The position numbers were made by a program, and so were the translations under genes. Shown here one piece after another: positions 50,612-52,030 of a stretch of DNA of 52,030 nucleotides (position 1 is its first letter; the number at the start of each line of letters is the position of its first letter). Below the pieces are notes generated by a model that was not told the DNA's origin, made no database searches, and saw only the letters and a program-made list of their open reading frames with translations. The stretch comes from a virus. The DNA lies in the IMG/VR virus record IMGVR_UViG_3300018063_000006, positions 1-52,030 of that record. One strand, given 5' to 3'.

Positions 50612-51149
50612 CAGCTTCTTCGATCTCGTCCACCGGCGCAGCCAGCAGCTTCCGCATCCGCTCCACCTGCATCGGCGTTACGTCGATCGCGCGCGTCGTC
50701 TCGATCGACACCGCGACCTTCTTCGGGACCTGGCGATCGAGGAGCGTCTTCGCCGCGTCGGTGCGAACGCGCAGCAGCTTCGCATCGACCTTATCGAAGG
50801 TCCCTTCGCGCACCTTTCGCAACCATCGAATGTTGCGCTCGGCATCACTCATCAGCAGCTCGTTGATATCGCCGGGGCGCGGCAGCAGCCCACGGATGTC
50901 GCTCACCAGCTCGACTACGTCCGGGTCCTGGCGCATGCGATCGACGTCGTCGAGTGCAAGGCCGAAGGCCGCGGCGAGCTGCGCCGGCGCGAAGCGGTTG
51001 AACGCCAGCAGAATCGTCAGCATCTCGCGGTTCAGCGACTCAGGATCGGTCGGCAGGCCACGACGAAGGTCGGGTCGCGTAGCGCGCGAAGCCGTCTCGA
51101 TGACGTCGCGCGGCTTCGTCTTCGGCTGCCTGATCCACTCGCGACTCAT
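50604..51149 (-). CDS. terS: Terminase small subunit candidate (181 aa)
   Basis: Lies immediately upstream of terL. HTH-like LAAAFGLALDDVDRM. Confidence 0.45.
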   Translation of the reverse strand: MSREWIRQPKTKPRDVIETASRATRPDLRRGLPTDPESLNREMLTILLAFNRFAPAQLAAAFGLALDDVDRMRQDPDVVELVSDIRGLLPRPGDINELLMSDAERNIRWLRKVREGTFDKVDAKLLRVRTDAAKTLLDRQVPKKVAVSIETTRAIDVTPMQVERMRKLLAAPVDEIEEADA

Positions 51150-51841
51150 GGCCCCACCATTGCCATCGCCTGCGCCGCGCTCGCCACAGGACAGGCTTCG
51201 TTCAGCGCGTCTTTCGGTGCATGCTGCACCGCCAGCTCGCAGAGATCGCGTCGCACGTCATCCGCGCTCAGCTCGAGCACGGCGCACACGCTCTCGAACG
51301 TCCCGAGCGGCTCGGCTTCGCGCGACAACGTCCATTCGACCGCCTCGCGCCAGAGCGCCAGCGTCGAACACCCAGCCTCGAGCTGACAGCCCTCCCAGCG
51401 CGTGTCGACTCGCGACTGCGGATGCCGACCGCGCAGCGCGCTGATCGCGTCAGTCAGCACGGCGGCCCACAGGCGCTTCGCTGCTTCGATACTCTGCACA
51501 GCACGCGCCAGCTCCACCTGCCACCGCGGCCGCGTCGCCAGCACTTCAAACCGCCGCGCCGTCTCGCCGCGCCCGCTGGGAGACTGTCGCCGTCCACAAG
51601 CAGTGAATCGCATCAGGAGTTTACCGCGGAGTGCCGACCCACACCTGACGGCACACAGAAGCCCTGGTGGAGCCGGCGCTTCATCGCCGCGTTCCCGTCC
51701 GGACGGGTCCACCGATACCCATAACTGCGTCTCGCTGTACGCGACGACACGCGAAGCGTCAAGCCGCGTCGCTACTGCCCGCCGCAGCCCGCCGCATGTA
51801 GGCGATCGGCCACTTCCCGGAATGTCGGCGATCGGCGACAT
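51146..51841 (-). CDS. First late-arm protein, hypothetical (start uncertain, up to 231 aa)
   Basis: High GC3 along the whole ORF. No SD at 51841. Alternative ATG at 51613. Confidence 0.45.
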   Translation of the reverse strand: MSPIADIPGSGRSPTCGGLRRAVATRLDASRVVAYSETQLWVSVDPSGRERGDEAPAPPGLLCAVRCGSALRGKLLMRFTACGRRQSPSGRGETARRFEVLATRPRWQVELARAVQSIEAAKRLWAAVLTDAISALRGRHPQSRVDTRWEGCQLEAGCSTLALWREAVEWTLSREAEPLGTFESVCAVLELSADDVRRDLCELAVQHAPKDALNEACPVASAAQAMAMVGP

Positions 51842-51907
51842 CGGGGCGGGCCGCGTTGCGGCACTGCGCCGGCCCTGCTGCGGGTATTCACTGCTGTGTG
51901 GTATGAA

Positions 51908-52030
51908 ACCTCCGCAAACTGCGAGGAGCGAGGCGCTGTAGCACTCCGCAAGAAGGCCCGAAAATTTGCTGCGCGCGTATACGAGGAGGTTCCCTGGCTT
52001 CTCACGAGCTGCCTGGGGTCTGGCCCCGGG
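51908..52030. repeat. Direct terminal repeat, right copy
   Basis: Identical to 1-123. Implies a 51,907-bp genome unit. Confidence 0.95.

Overview
The window looks like one complete, GC-rich, tailed dsDNA phage genome (GC judged by eye, not computed). Bases 1-123 are identical to 51908-52030, so the unit length is 51,907 bp. It is either circularly assembled or terminally redundant.

Layout:
- A roughly 1 kb non-coding control region (51842..920 across the repeat) carries a dense array of 7-bp iterons.
- A plus-strand early/replication arm runs 921-20058. It has many tiny genes joined by ATGA/GTGA overlaps. Recognisable genes are a Cas4-like PD-(D/E)XK nuclease, a Sak4-like ATPase, a UDG-like::family-A DNA polymerase, a RepA/AAA_25-like helicase, a metallophosphoesterase, and DUF4406-like and DUF5664-like nucleotide enzymes.
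- A small accessory island sits at the convergence point (19954-21444) and includes a vWA protein and a secreted protein.
- A minus-strand late arm runs 51841 down to 21434. In order it encodes TerS, TerL, mini-ORFs, tail fibre, lysis cassette, portal, scaffold, capsid, beta-helix protein, adaptors, fibre, a large tail protein and ejection proteins.

I found no RNA polymerase, integrase, primase, true tRNA or CRISPR array.

Most unusual observations:
- The polA gene is cut just before motif A by a 160-nt lower-GC insert that carries its own 52-aa ORF.
- terL is split into separate ATPase and nuclease genes by a four-gene cassette.
- There are two free-standing homing endonuclease genes and one decayed-looking one.
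- A 15-mer recurs five times in front of late genes.
- A minus-strand RHH + unknown cassette is embedded in the early arm.

Functional calls come from motifs read by eye in the translations. No database search was run. CDS coordinates include the stop codon.
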